From NCBI GenBank assembly GCA_964057225.1, contig OZ059895.1, positions 8,928,001 through 8,992,000 of the forward strand: a stretch of DNA of 64,000 nt, written 5' to 3'. Positions 15,001-30,000 of this stretch are shown one piece after another. This DNA is from Auanema rhodensis (lineage: Eukaryota > Animalia > Nematoda). The notes below the pieces were generated by a model. It ran no database searches. It saw only the letters and a list, made by a program, of their open reading frames with translations, and was not told the DNA's origin. The translations under genes were made by a program, and so were the position numbers. Positions within the stretch are counted from its first letter, which is position 1. Each line of letters starts with the position of its first letter.

Positions 15001-18000
15001 TGGACCATTGACTACTACCGGACGTGCTTCTGAAATTGAAGGAGATGCTCTAACTCATCATGTTGCTGTCTACCACAGTGGACGATCTGACGATCAACCA
15101 ACTACATCTCAACCTCAGAAACCAGAAGAAGAACAACCCGTTGATATCGTTGAGAAGACAAAGAGCCTCGGAGACAAGATCACCGGCTTATTCAAGAAGG
15201 GACCAGCTCATCTGGATTATCCAACTTTTGAAACATACGATGGACCATTGACTACTACCGGACGTGCTTCTGAAATTGAAGGAGATGCTCTAACTCATCA
15301 TGTTGCTGTCTACCACAGTGGACGATCTGACGATCAACCAACTACATCTCAACCTCAGAAACCAGAAGAAGAACAACCCGTTGATATCGTTGAGAAGACA
15401 AAGAGCCTCGGAGACAAGATCACCGGCTTGTTCAAGAAGGGACCAGCTCATCTGGATTATCCAACTTCTGAAACATACGATGGACCATTGTCTTCCACTG
15501 GACGTGCTTCTGAAATTGAAGGAGATGCTCTAACTCATCATGTTGCTGTCTACCACAGTGGACGATCTGACGATCAACCAACTACATCTCAACCTCAGAA
15601 ACCAGAAGAAGAACAACCCGTTGATATCGTTGAGAAGACAAAGAGCCTCGGAGACAAGATCACCGGCTTGTTCAAGAAGGGACCAGCTCATCTGGATTAT
15701 CCAACTTCTGAAACATACGATGGACCATTGTCTTCCACTGGACGTGCTTCTGAAATTGAAGGAGATGCTCTAACTCATCATGTTGCTGTCTACCACAGTG
15801 GACGATCTGACGATCAACCAACTACATCTCAACCTCAGAAACCAGAAGAAGAACAACCCGTTGATATCGTTGAGAAGACAAAGAGCCTCGGAGACAAGAT
15901 CACCGGCTTGTTCAAGAAGGGACCAGCTCATCTGGATTATCCAACTTCTGAAACATACGATGGACCATTGTCTTCCACTGGACGTGCTTCTGAAATTGAA
16001 GGAGATGCTCTAACTCATCATGTTGCTGTCTACCACAGTGGACGATCTGACGATCAACCAACTACATCTCAACCTCAGAAACCAGAAGAAGAACAACCCG
16101 TTGATATCGTTGAGAAGACAAAGAGCCTTGGAGACAAGATCACCGGCTTATTCAAGAAGGGACCAGCTCATCTGGATTATCCAACTTCTGAAACATACGA
16201 TGGACCATTGACTACTACCGGACGTGCTTCTGAAATTGAAGGAGATGCTCTAACTCATCATGTTGCTGTCTACCACAGTGGACGATCTGACGATCAATCA
16301 ACTACATCTCAACCTCAGAAACCAGAAGAAGAACAACCCGTTGATATCGTTGAGAAGACAAAGAGCCTCGGAGACAAGATCACCGGCTTATTCAAGAAGG
16401 GACCAGCTCATCTGGATTATCCAACTTCTGAAACATACGATGGACCATTGACTACTACCGGACGTGCTTCTGAAATTGAAGGAGATGCTCTAACTCATCA
16501 TGTTGCTGTCTACCACAGTGGACGATCTGACGATCAATCAACTACATCTCAACCTCAGAAACCAGAAGAAGAACAACCCGTTGATATCGTTGAGAAGACA
16601 AAGAGCCTCGGAGACAAGATCACCGGCTTATTCAAGAAGGGACCAGCTCATCTGGATTATCCAACTTCTGAAACATACGATGGACCATTGACTACTACCG
16701 GACGTGCTTCTGAAATTGAAGGAGATGCTCTAACTCATCATGTTGCTGTCTACCACAGTGGACGATCTGACGATCAACCAACTACATCTCAACCTCAGAA
16801 ACCAGAAGAAGAACAACCCGTTGATATCGTTGAGAAGACAAAGAGCCTTGGAGACAAGATCACCGGCTTATTCAAGAAGGGACCAGCTCATCTGGATTAT
16901 CCAACTTCTGAAACATACGATGGACCATTGACTACTACCGGACGTGCTTCTGAAATTGAAGGAGATGCTCTAACTCATCATGTTGCTGTCTACCACAGTG
17001 GACGATCTGACGATCAACCAACTACATCTCAACCTCAGAAACCAGAAGAAGAACAACCCGTTGATATCGTTGAGAAGACAAAGAGCCTTGGAGACAAGAT
17101 CACCGGCTTATTCAAGAAGGGACCAGCTCATCTGGATTATCCAACTTCTGAAACATACGATGGACCATTGACTACTACCGGACGTGCTTCTGAAATTGAA
17201 GGAGATGCTCTAACTCATCATGTTGCTGTCTACCACAGTGGACGATCTGACGATCAACCAACTACATCTCAACCTCAGAAACCAGAAGAAGAACAACCCG
17301 TTGATATCGTTGAGAAGACAAAGAGCCTCGGAGACAAGATCACCGGCTTATTCAAGAAGGGACCAGCTCATCTGGATTATCCAACTTCTGAAACATACGA
17401 TGGACCATTGACTACTACCGGACGTGCTTCTGAAATTGAAGGAGATGCTCTAACTCATCATGTTGCTGTCTACCACAGTGGACGATCTGACGATCAACCA
17501 ACTACATCTCAACCTCAGAAACCAGAAGAAGAACAACCCGTTGATATCGTTGAGAAGACAAAGAGCCTTGGAGACAAGATCACCGGCTTATTCAAGAAGG
17601 GACCAGCTCATCTGGATTATCCAACTTCTGAAACATACGATGGACCATTGACTACTACCGGACGTGCTTCTGAAATTGAAGGAGATGCTCTAACTCATCA
17701 TGTTGCTGTCTACCACAGTGGACGATCTGACGATCAACCAACTACATCTCAACCTCAGAAACCAGAAGAAGAACAACCCGTTGATATCGTTGAGAAGACA
17801 AAGAGCCTTGGAGACAAGATCACCGGCTTATTCAAGAAGGGACCAGCTCATCTGGATTATCCAACTTCTGAAACATACGATGGACCATTGACTACTACCG
17901 GACGTGCTTCTGAAATTGAAGGAGATGCTCTAACTCATCATGTTGCTGTCTACCACAGTGGACGATCTGACGATCAACCAACTACATCTCAACCTCAGAA

Positions 18001-21000
18001 ACCAGAAGAAGAACAACCCGTTGATATCGTTGAGAAGACAAAGAGCCTCGGAGACAAGATCACCGGCTTATTCAAGAAGGGACCAGCTCATCTGGATTAT
18101 CCAACTTCTGAAACATACGATGGACCATTGACTACTACCGGACGTGCTTCTGAAATTGAAGGAGATGCTCTAACTCATCATGTTGCTGTCTACCACAGTG
18201 GACGATCTGACGATCAACCAACTACATCTCAACCTCAGAAACCAGAAGAAGAACAACCCGTTGATATCGTTGAGAAGACAAAGAGCCTTGGAGACAAGAT
18301 CACCGGCTTATTCAAGAAGGGACCAGCTCATCTGGATTATCCAACTTCTGAAACATACGATGGACCATTGACTACTACCGGACGTGCTTCTGAAATTGAA
18401 GGAGATGCTCTAACTCATCATGTTGCTGTCTACCACAGTGGACGATCTGACGATCAACCAACTACATCTCAACCTCAGAAACCAGAAGAAGAACAACCCG
18501 TTGATATCGTTGAGAAGACAAAGAGCCTCGGAGACAAGATCACCGGCTTGTTCAAGAAGGGACCAGCTCATCTGGATTATCCAACTTCTGAAACATACGA
18601 TGGACCATTGGCTTCCACTGGACGTGCTTCTGAAATTGAAGGAGATGCTCTAACTCATCATGTTGCTGTCTACCACAGTGGACGATCTGACGATCAACCA
18701 ACTACATCTCAACCTCAGAAACCAGAAGTAGAACAACCCGTTGATATCGTTGAGAAGACAAAGAGCCTTGGAGACAAGATCACCGGCTTATTCAAGAAGG
18801 GACCAGCTCATCTGGATTATCCAACTTCTGAAATTTACGATGGACCATTGACTACTACCGGACGTGCTTCTGAAATTGAAGGAGATGCTCTAACTCATCA
18901 TGTTGCTGTCTACCACACTGGACGATCTGACGATCAACCAACTACATCTCAACCTCAGAAACCAGAAGAAGAACAACCCGTTGATATCGTTGAGAAGACA
19001 AAGAGCCTTGGAGACAAGATCACCGGCTTATTCAAGAAGGGACCAGCTCATCTGGATTATCCAACTTCTGAAATTTACGATGGACCATTGACTACTACCG
19101 GACGTGCTTCTGAAATTGAAGGAGATGCTCTAACTCATCATGTTGCTGTCTACCACAGTGGACGATCTGACGATCAACCAACTACATCTCAACCTCAGAA
19201 ACCAGAAGAAGAACAACCCGTTGATATCGTTGAGAAGACAAAGAGCCTTGGAGACAAGATCACCGGCTTATTCAAGAAGGGACCAGCTCATCTGGATTAT
19301 CCAACTTCTGAAATTTACGATGGACCATTGTCTTCCACTGGACGTGCTTCTGAAATTGAAGGAGATGCTCTAACTCATCATGTTGCTGTCTACCACAGTG
19401 GACGATCTGACGATCAACCAACTACATCTCAACCTCAGAAACCAGAAGAAGAACAACCCGTTGATATCGTTGAGAAGACAAAGAGCCTCGGAGACAAGAT
19501 CACCGGCTTATTCAAGAAGGGACCAGCTCATCTGGATTATCCAACTTCTGAAACATACGATGGACCATTGACTACTACCGGACGTGCTTCTGAAATTGAA
19601 GGAGATGCTCTAACTCATCATGTTGCTGTCTACCACAGTGGACGATCTGACGATCAACCAACTACATCTCAACCTCAGAAACCAGAAGAAGAACAACCCG
19701 TTGATATCGTTGAGAAGACAAAGAGCCTTGGAGACAAGATCACCGGCTTATTCAAGAAGGGACCAGCTCATCTGGATTATCCAACTTCTGAAACATACGA
19801 TGGACCATTGACTACTACCGGACGTGCTTCTGAAATTGAAGGAGATGCTCTAACTCATCATGTTGCTGTCTACCACAGTGGACGATCTGACGATCAACCA
19901 ACTACATCTCAACCTCAGAAACCAGAAGAAGAACAACCCGTTGATATCGTTGAGAAGACAAAGAGCCTTGGAGACAAGATCACCGGCTTATTCAAGAAGG
20001 GACCAGCTCATCTGGATTATCCAACTTCTGAAACATACGATGGACCATTGACTACTACCGGACGTGCTTCTGAAATTGAAGGAGATGCTCTAACTCATCA
20101 TGTTGCTGTCTACCACAGTGGACGATCTGACGATCAACCAACTACATCTCAACCTCAGAAACCAGAAGAAGAACAACCCGTTGATATCGTTGAGAAGACA
20201 AAGAGCCTCGGAGACAAGATCACCGGCTTATTCAAGAAGGGACCAGCTCATCTGGATTATCCAACTTCTGAAACATACGATGGACCATTGACTACTACCG
20301 GACGTGCTTCTGAAATTGAAGGAGATGCTCTAACTCATCATGTTGCTGTCTACCACAGTGGACGATCTGACGATCAACCAACTACATCTCAACCTCAGAA
20401 ACCAGAAGAAGAACAACCCGTTGATATCGTTGAGAAGACAAAGAGCCTTGGAGACAAGATCACCGGCTTATTCAAGAAGGGACCAGCTCATCTGGATTAT
20501 CCAACTTCTGAAACATACGATGGACCATTGACTACTACCGGACGTGCTTCTGAAATTGAAGGAGATGCTCTAACTCATCATGTTGCTGTCTACCACAGTG
20601 GACGATCTGACGATCAACCAACTACATCTCAACCTCAGAAACCAGAAGAAGAACAACCCGTTGATATCGTTGAGAAGACAAAGAGCCTCGGAGACAAGAT
20701 CACCGGCTTGTTCAAGAAGGGACCAGCTCATCTGGATTATCCAACTTCTGAAACATACGATGGACCATTGGCTTCCACTGGACGTGCTTCTGAAATTGAA
20801 GGAGATGCTCTAACTCATCATGTTGCTGTCTACCACAGTGGACGATCTGACGATCAACCAACTACATCTCAACCTCAGAAACCAGAAGAAGAACAACCCG
20901 TTGATATCGTTGAGAAGACAAAGAGCCTTGGAGACAAGATCACCGGCTTATTCAAGAAGGGACCAGCTCATCTGGATTATCCAACTTCTGAAACATACGA

Positions 21001-24000
21001 TGGACCATTGACTACTACCGGACGTGCTTCTGAAATTGAAGGAGATGCTCTAACTCATCATGTTGCTGTCTACCACAGTGGACGATCTGACGATCAACCA
21101 ACTACATCTCAACCTCAGAAACCAGAAGAAGAACAACCCGTTGATATCGTTGAGAAGACAAAGAGCCTTGGAGACAAGATCACCGGCTTATTCAAGAAGG
21201 GACCAGCTCATCTGGATTATCCAACTTCTGAAACATACGATGGACCATGGACTACTACCGGACGTGCTTCTGAAATTGAAGGAGATGCTCTAACTCATCA
21301 TGTTGCTGTCTACCACAGTGGACGATCTGACGATCAACCAACTACATCTCAACCTCAGAAACCAGAAGAAGAACAACCCGTTGATATCGTTGAGAAGACA
21401 AAGAGCCTCGGAGACAAGATCACCGGCTTGTTCAAGAAGGGACCAGCTCATCTGGATTATCCAACTTCTGAAACATACGATGGACCATTGACTACTACCG
21501 GACGTGCTTCTGAAATTGAAGGAGATGCTCTAACTCATCATGTTGCTGTCTACCACACTGGACGATCTGACGATCAACCAACTACATCTCAACCTCAGAA
21601 ACCAGAAGAAGAACAACCCGTTGATATCGTTGAGAAGACAAAGAGCCTTGGAGACAAGATCACCGGCTTATTCAAGAAGGGACCAGCTCATCTGGATTAT
21701 CCAACTTCTGAAATTTACGATGGACCATTGACTACTACCGGACGTGCTTCTGAAATTGAAGGAGATGCTCTAACTCATCATGTTGCTGTCTACCACACTG
21801 GACGATCTGACGATCAACCAACTACATCTCAACCTCAGAAACCAGAAGAAGAACAACCCGTTGATATCGTTGAGAAGACAAAGAGCCTCGGAGACAAGAT
21901 CACCGGCTTGTTCAAGAAGGGACCAGCTCATCTGGATTATCCAACTTCTGAAACATACGATGGACCATTGGCTTCCACTGGACGTGCTTCTGAAATTGAA
22001 GGAGATGCTCTAACTCATCATGTTGCTGTCTACCACACTGGACGATCTGACGATCAACCAACTACATCTCAACCTCAGAAACCAGAAGTAGAACAACCCG
22101 TTGATATCGTTGAGAAGACAAAGAGCCTTGGAGACAAGATCACCGGCTTATTCAAGAAGGGACCAGCTCATCTGGATTATCCAACTTCTGAAATTTACGA
22201 TGGACCATTGACTACTACCGGACGTGCTTCTGAAATTGAAGGAGATGCTCTAACTCATCATGTTGCTGTCTACCACACTGGACGATCTGACGATCAACCA
22301 ACTACATCTCAACCTCAGAAACCAGAAGAAGAACAACCCGTTGATATCGTTGAGAAGACAAAGAGCCTTGGAGACAAGATCACCGGCTTATTCAAGAAGG
22401 GACCAGCTCATCTGGATTATCCAACTTCTGAAATTTACGATGGACCATTGACTACTACCGGACGTGCTTCTGAAATTGAAGGAGATGCTCTAACTCATCA
22501 TGTTGCTGTCTACCACAGTGGACGATCTGACGATCAACCAACTACATCTCAACCTCAGAAACCAGAAGAAGAACAACCCGTTGATATCGTTGAGAAGACA
22601 AAGAGCCTTGGAGACAAGATCACCGGCTTATTCAAGAAGGGACCAGCTCATCTGGATTATCCAACTTCTGAAATTTACGATGGACCATTGTCTTCCACTG
22701 GACGTGCTTCTGAAATTGAAGGAGATGCTCTAACTCATCATGTTGCTGTCTACCACAGTGGACGATCTGACGATCAACCAACTACATCTCAACCTCAGAA
22801 ACCAGAAGAAGAACAACCCGTTGATATCGTTGAGAAGACAAAGAGCCTCGGAGACAAGATCACCGGCTTATTCAAGAAGGGACCAGCTCATCTGGATTAT
22901 CCAACTTCTGAAACATACGATGGACCATTGACTACTACCGGACGTGCTTCTGAAATTGAAGGAGATGCTCTAACTCATCATGTTGCTGTCTACCACAGTG
23001 GACGATCTGACGATCAACCAACTACATCTCAACCTCAGAAACCAGAAGAAGAACAACCCGTTGATATCGTTGAGAAGACAAAGAGCCTTGGAGACAAGAT
23101 CACCGGCTTATTCAAGAAGGGACCAGCTCATCTGGATTATCCAACTTCTGAAACATACGATGGACCATTGACTACTACCGGACGTGCTTCTGAAATTGAA
23201 GGAGATGCTCTAACTCATCATGTTGCTGTCTACCACAGTGGACGATCTGACGATCAACCAACTACATCTCAACCTCAGAAACCAGAAGAAGAACAACCCG
23301 TTGATATCGTTGAGAAGACAAAGAGCCTTGGAGACAAGATCACCGGCTTATTCAAGAAGGGACCAGCTCATCTGGATTATCCAACTTCTGAAACATACGA
23401 TGGACCATTGACTACTACCGGACGTGCTTCTGAAATTGAAGGAGATGCTCTAACTCATCATGTTGCTGTCTACCACAGTGGACGATCTGACGATCAACCA
23501 ACTACATCTCAACCTCAGAAACCAGAAGAAGAACAACCCGTTGATATCGTTGAGAAGACAAAGAGCCTCGGAGACAAGATCACCGGCTTATTCAAGAAGG
23601 GACCAGCTCATCTGGATTATCCAACTTCTGAAACATACGATGGACCATTGACTACTACCGGACGTGCTTCTGAAATTGAAGGAGATGCTCTAACTCATCA
23701 TGTTGCTGTCTACCACAGTGGACGATCTGACGATCAACCAACTACATCTCAACCTCAGAAACCAGAAGAAGAACAACCCGTTGATATCGTTGAGAAGACA
23801 AAGAGCCTTGGAGACAAGATCACCGGCTTATTCAAGAAGGGACCAGCTCATCTGGATTATCCAACTTCTGAAACATACGATGGACCATTGACTACTACCG
23901 GACGTGCTTCTGAAATTGAAGGAGATGCTCTAACTCATCATGTTGCTGTCTACCACAGTGGACGATCTGACGATCAACCAACTACATCTCAACCTCAGAA

Positions 24001-27000
24001 ACCAGAAGAAGAACAACCCGTTGATATCGTTGAGAAGACAAAGAGCCTCGGAGACAAGATCACCGGCTTGTTCAAGAAGGGACCAGCTCATCTGGATTAT
24101 CCAACTTCTGAAACATACGATGGACCATTGGCTTCCACTGGACGTGCTTCTGAGATTGAAGGAGATGCTCTAACTCATCATGTTGCTGTCTACCACACTG
24201 GACGATCTGACGATCAACCAACTACATCTCAACCTCAGAAACCAGAAGTAGAACAACCCGTTGATATCGTTGAGAAGACAAAGAGCCTCGGAGACAAGAT
24301 CACCGGCTTGTTCAAGAAGGGACCAGCTCATCTGGATTATCCAACTTCTGAAACATACGATGGACCATTGTCTTCCACTGGACGTGCTTCTGAAATTGAA
24401 GGAGATGCTCTAACTCATCATGTTGCTGTCTACCACAGTGGACGATCTGACGATCAACCAACTACATCTCAACCTCAGAAACCAGAAGAAGAACAACCCG
24501 TTGATATCGTTGAGAAGACAAAGAGCCTTGGAGACAAGATCACCGGCTTATTCAAGAAGGGACCAGCTCATCTGGATTATCCAACTTCTGAAACATACGA
24601 TGGACCATTGGCTTCCACTGGACGTGCTTCTGAAATTGAAGGAGATGCTCTAACTCATCATGTTGCTGTCTACCACAGTGGACGATCTGACGATCAACCA
24701 ACTACATCTCAACCTCAGAAACCAGAAGAAGAACAACCCGTTGATATCGTTGAGAAGACAAAGAGCCTCGGAGAAAAGATCACCGGCTTGTTCAAGAAGG
24801 GACCAGCTCATCTGGATTATCCAACTTCTGAAATTTACGATGGACCATTGACTACTACCGGTCGTGCTTCTGAAATTGAAGGAGATGCTCTAACTCATCA
24901 TGTTGCTGTCTACCACAGTGGACGATCTGACGATCAACCAACTACATCTCAACCTCAGAAACCAGAAGAAGAACAACCCGTTGATATCGTTGAGAAGACA
25001 AAGAGCCTTGGAGACAAGATCACCGGCTTATTCAAGAAGGGACCAGCTCATCTGGATTATCCAACTTCTGAAACATACGATGGACCATTGACTACTACCG
25101 GACGTGCTTCTGAAATTGAAGGAGATGCTCTAACTCATCATGTTGCTGTCTACCACAGTGGACGATCTGACGATCAACCAACTACATCTCAACCTCAGAA
25201 ACCAGAAGAAGAACAACCCGTTGATATCGTTGAGAAGACAAAGAGCCTTGGAGACAAGATCACCGGCTTATTCAAGAAGGGACCAGCTCATCTGGATTAT
25301 CCAACTTCTGAAACATACGATGGACCATTGACTACTACCGGACGTGTTTCTGAAATTGAAGGAGATGCTCTAACTCATCATGTTGCTGTCTACCACAGTG
25401 GACGATCTGACGATCAACCAACTACATCTCAACCTCAGAAACCAGAAGAAGAACAACCCGTTGATATCGTTGAGAAGACAAAGAGCCTTGGAGACAAGAT
25501 CACCGGCTTGTTCAAGAAGGGACCAGCTCATCTGGATTATCCAACTTCTGAAACATACGATGGACCATTGGCTTCCACTGGACGTGCTTCTGAAATTGAA
25601 GGAGATGCTCTAACTCATCATGTTGCTGTCTACCACAGTGGACGATCTGACAATCAACCAACTACATCTCAACCTCAGAAACCAGAAGAAGAACAACCCG
25701 TTGATATCGTTGAGAAGACAAAGAGCCTCGGAGACAAGATCACCGGCTTATTCAAGAAGGGACCAGCTCATCTGGATTATCCAACTTCTGAAACATACGA
25801 TGGACCATTGACTACTACCGGACGGGCTTCTGAAATTGAAGGAGATGCTCTAACTCATCATGTTGCTGTCTACCACAGTGGACGATCTGACGATCAACCA
25901 ACTACATCTCAACCTCAGAAACCAGAAGAAGAACAACCCGTTGATATCGTTGAGAAGACAAAGAGCCTTGGAGACAAGATCACCGGCTTATTCAAGAAGG
26001 GACCAGCTCATCTGGACTATCCAACTTCTGAAATTTACGATGGACCATTGACTACTACCGGACGTGCTTCTGAAATTGAAGGAGATGCTCTAACTCATCA
26101 TGTTGCTGTCTACCACAGTGGACGATCTGACGATCAACCAACTACATCTCAACCTCAGAAACCAGAAGAAGAACAACCCGTTGATATCGTTGAGAAGACA
26201 AAGAGCCTTGGAGACAAGATCACCGGCTTATTCAAGAAGGGACCAGCTCATCTGGACTATCCAACTTCTGAAATTTACGATGGACCATTGACTACTACCG
26301 GACGTGCTTCTGAAATTGAAGGAGATGCTCTAACTCATCATGTTGCTGTCTACCACAGTGGACGATCTGACGATCAACCAACTACATCTCAACCTCAGAA
26401 ACCAGAAGAAGAACAACCCGTTCATATCGTTGAGAAGACAAAGAGCCTTGGAGACAAGATCACCGGCTTGTTCAAGAAGGGACCAGCTCATCTGGATTAT
26501 CCAACTTCTGAAACATACGATGGACCATTGGCTTCCACTGGACGTGCTTCTGAAATTGAAGGAGATGCTCTAACTCATCATGTTGCTGTCTACCACAGTG
26601 GACGATCTGACGATCAACCAACTACATCTCAACCTCAGAAACCAGAAGAAGAACAACCCGTTGATATCGTTGAGAAGACAAAGAGCCTCGGAGACAAGAT
26701 CACCGGCTTGTTCAAGAAGGGACCAGCTCATCTGGATTATCCAACTTCTGAAACATACGATGGACCATTGGCTTCCACTGGACGTGCTTCTGAAATTGAA
26801 GGAGATGCTCTAACTCATCATGTTGCTGTCTACCACAGTGGACGATCTGACGATCAACCAACTACATCTCAACCTCAGAAACCAGAAGAAGAACAACCCG
26901 TTGATATCGTTGAGAAGACAAAGAGCCTCGGAGACAAGATCACCGGCTTGTTCAAGAAGGGACCAGCTCATCTGGATTATCCAACTTCTGAAACATACGA

Positions 27001-30000
27001 TGGACCATTGGCTTCCACTGGACGTGCTTCTGAAATTGAAGGAGATGCTCTAACTCATCATGTTGCTGTCTACCACAGTGGACGATCTGACGATCAACCA
27101 ACTACATCTCAACCTCAGAAACCAGAAGAAGAACAACCCGTTGATATCGTTGAGAAGACAAAGAGCCTCGGAGACAAGATCACCGGCTTATTCAAGAAGG
27201 GACCAGCTCATCTGGATTATCCAACTTCTGAAACATACGATGGACCATTGACTACTACCGGACGGGCTTCTGAAATTGAAGGAGATCCTCTAACTCATCA
27301 TGTTGCTGTCTACCACAGTGGACGATCTGACGATCAACCAACTACATCTCAACCTCAGAAACCAGAAGAAGAACAACCCGTTGATATCGTTGAGAAGACA
27401 AAGAGCCTTGGAGACAAGATCACCGGCTTATTCAAGAAGGGACCAGCTCATCTGGATTATCCAACTTCTGAAACATACGATGGACCATTGACTACTACCG
27501 GACGGGCTTCTGAAATTGAAGGAGATCCTCTAACTCATCATGTTGCTGTCTACCACAGTGGACGATCTGACGATCAACCAACTACATCTCAACCTCAGAA
27601 ACCAGAAGAAGAACAACCCGTTGATATCGTTGAGAAGACAAAGAGCCTTGGAGACAAGATCACCGGCTTGTTCAAGAAGGGACCAGCTCATCTGGATTAT
27701 CCAACTTCTGAAACATACGATGGACCATTGACTACTACCGGACGTGCTTTTGAAATTGAAGGAGATGCTCTAACTCATCATGTTGCTGTCTACCACAGTG
27801 GACGATCTGACGATCAACCAACTACATCTCAACCTCAGAAACCAGAAGAAGAACAACCCGTTGATATCGTTGAGAAGACAAAGAGCCTCGGAGACAAGAT
27901 CACCGGCTTGTTCAAGAAGGGACCAGCTCATCTGGATTATCCAACTTCTGAAACATACGATGGACCATTGGCTTCCACTGGACGTGCTTCTGAAATTGAA
28001 GGAGATGCTCTAACTCATCATGTTGCTGTCTACCACAGTGGACGATCTGACGATCAACCAACTACATCTCAACCTCAGAAACCAGAAGAAGAACAACCCG
28101 TTGATATCGTTGAGAAGACAAAGAGCCTCGGAGACAAGATCACCGGCTTGTTCAAGAAGGGACCAGCTCATCTGGATTATCCAACTTCTGAAACATACGA
28201 TGGACCATTGACTACTACCGGACGGGCTTCTGAAATTGAAGGAGATGCTCTAACTCATCATGTTGCTGTCTACCACAGTGGACGATCTGACGATCAACCA
28301 ACTACATCTCAACCTCAGAAACCAGAAGAAGAACAACCCGTTGATATCGTTGAGAAGACAAAGAGCCTTGGAGACAAGATCACCGGCTTATTCAAGAAGG
28401 GACCAGCTCATCTGGACTATCCAACTTCTGAAATTTACGATGGACCATTGACTACTACCGGACGTGCTTCTGAAATTGAAGGAGATGCTCTAACTCATCA
28501 TGTTGCTGTCTACCACAGTGGACGATCTGACGATCAACCAACTACATCTCAACCTCAGAAACCAGAAGAAGAACAACCCGTTGATATCGTTGAGAAGACA
28601 AAGAGCCTTGGAGACAAGATCACCGGCTTATTCAAGAAGGGACCAGCTCATCTGGATTATCCAACTTCTGAAACATACGATGGACCATTGACTACTACCG
28701 GACGGGCTTCTGAAATTGAAGGAGATGCTCTAACTCATCATGTTGCTGTCTACCACAGTGGACGATCTGACGATCAACCAACTACATCTCAACCTCAGAA
28801 ACCAGAAGAAGAACAACCCGTTCATATCGTTGAGAAGACAAAGAGCCTTGGAGACAAGATCACCGGCTTGTTCAAGAAGGGACCAGCTCATCTGGATTAT
28901 CCAACTTCTGAAACATACGATGGACCATTGGCTTCCACTGGACGTGCTTCTGAAATTGAAGGAGATGCTCTAACTCATCATGTTGCTGTCTACCACAGTG
29001 GACGATCTGACGATCAACCAACTACATCTCAACCTCAGAAACCAGAAGAAGAACAACCCGTTGATATCGTTGAGAAGACAAAGAGCCTCGGAGACAAGAT
29101 CACCGGCTTGTTCAAGAAGGGACCAGCTCATCTGGATTATCCAACTTCTGAAACATACGATGGACCATTGGCTTCCACTGGACGTGCTTCTGAAATTGAA
29201 GGAGATGCTCTAACTCATCATGTTGCTGTCTACCACAGTGGACGATCTGACGATCAACCAACTACATCTCAACCTCAGAAACCAGAAGAAGAACAACCCG
29301 TTGATATCGTTGAGAAGACAAAGAGCCTCGGAGACAAGATCACCGGCTTGTTCAAGAAGGGACCAGCTCATCTGGATTATCCAACTTCTGAAACATACGA
29401 TGGACCATTGGCTTCCACTGGACGTGCTTCTGAAATTGAAGGAGATGCTCTAACTCATCATGTTGCTGTCTACCACAGTGGACGATCTGACGATCAACCA
29501 ACTACATCTCAACCTCAGAAACCAGAAGAAGAACAACCCGTTGATATCGTTGAGAAGACAAAGAGCCTCGGAGACAAGATCACCGGCTTATTCAAGAAGG
29601 GACCAGCTCATCTGGATTATCCAACTTCTGAAACATACGATGGACCATTGACTACTACCGGACGGGCTTCTGAAATTGAAGGAGATGCTCTAACTCATCA
29701 TGTTGCTGTCTACCACAGTGGACGATCTGACGATCAACCAACTACATCTCAACCTCAGAAACCAGAAGAAGAACAACCCGTTGATATCGTTGAGAAGACA
29801 AAGAGCCTTGGAGACAAGATCACCGGCTTATTCAAGAAGGGACCAGCTCATCTGGACTATCCAACTTCTGAAATTTACGATGGACCATTGACTACTACCG
29901 GACGTGCTTTTGAAATTGAAGGAGATGCTCTAACTCATCATGTTGCTGTCTACCACAGTGGACGATCTGACGATCAACCAACTACATCTCAACCTCAGAA

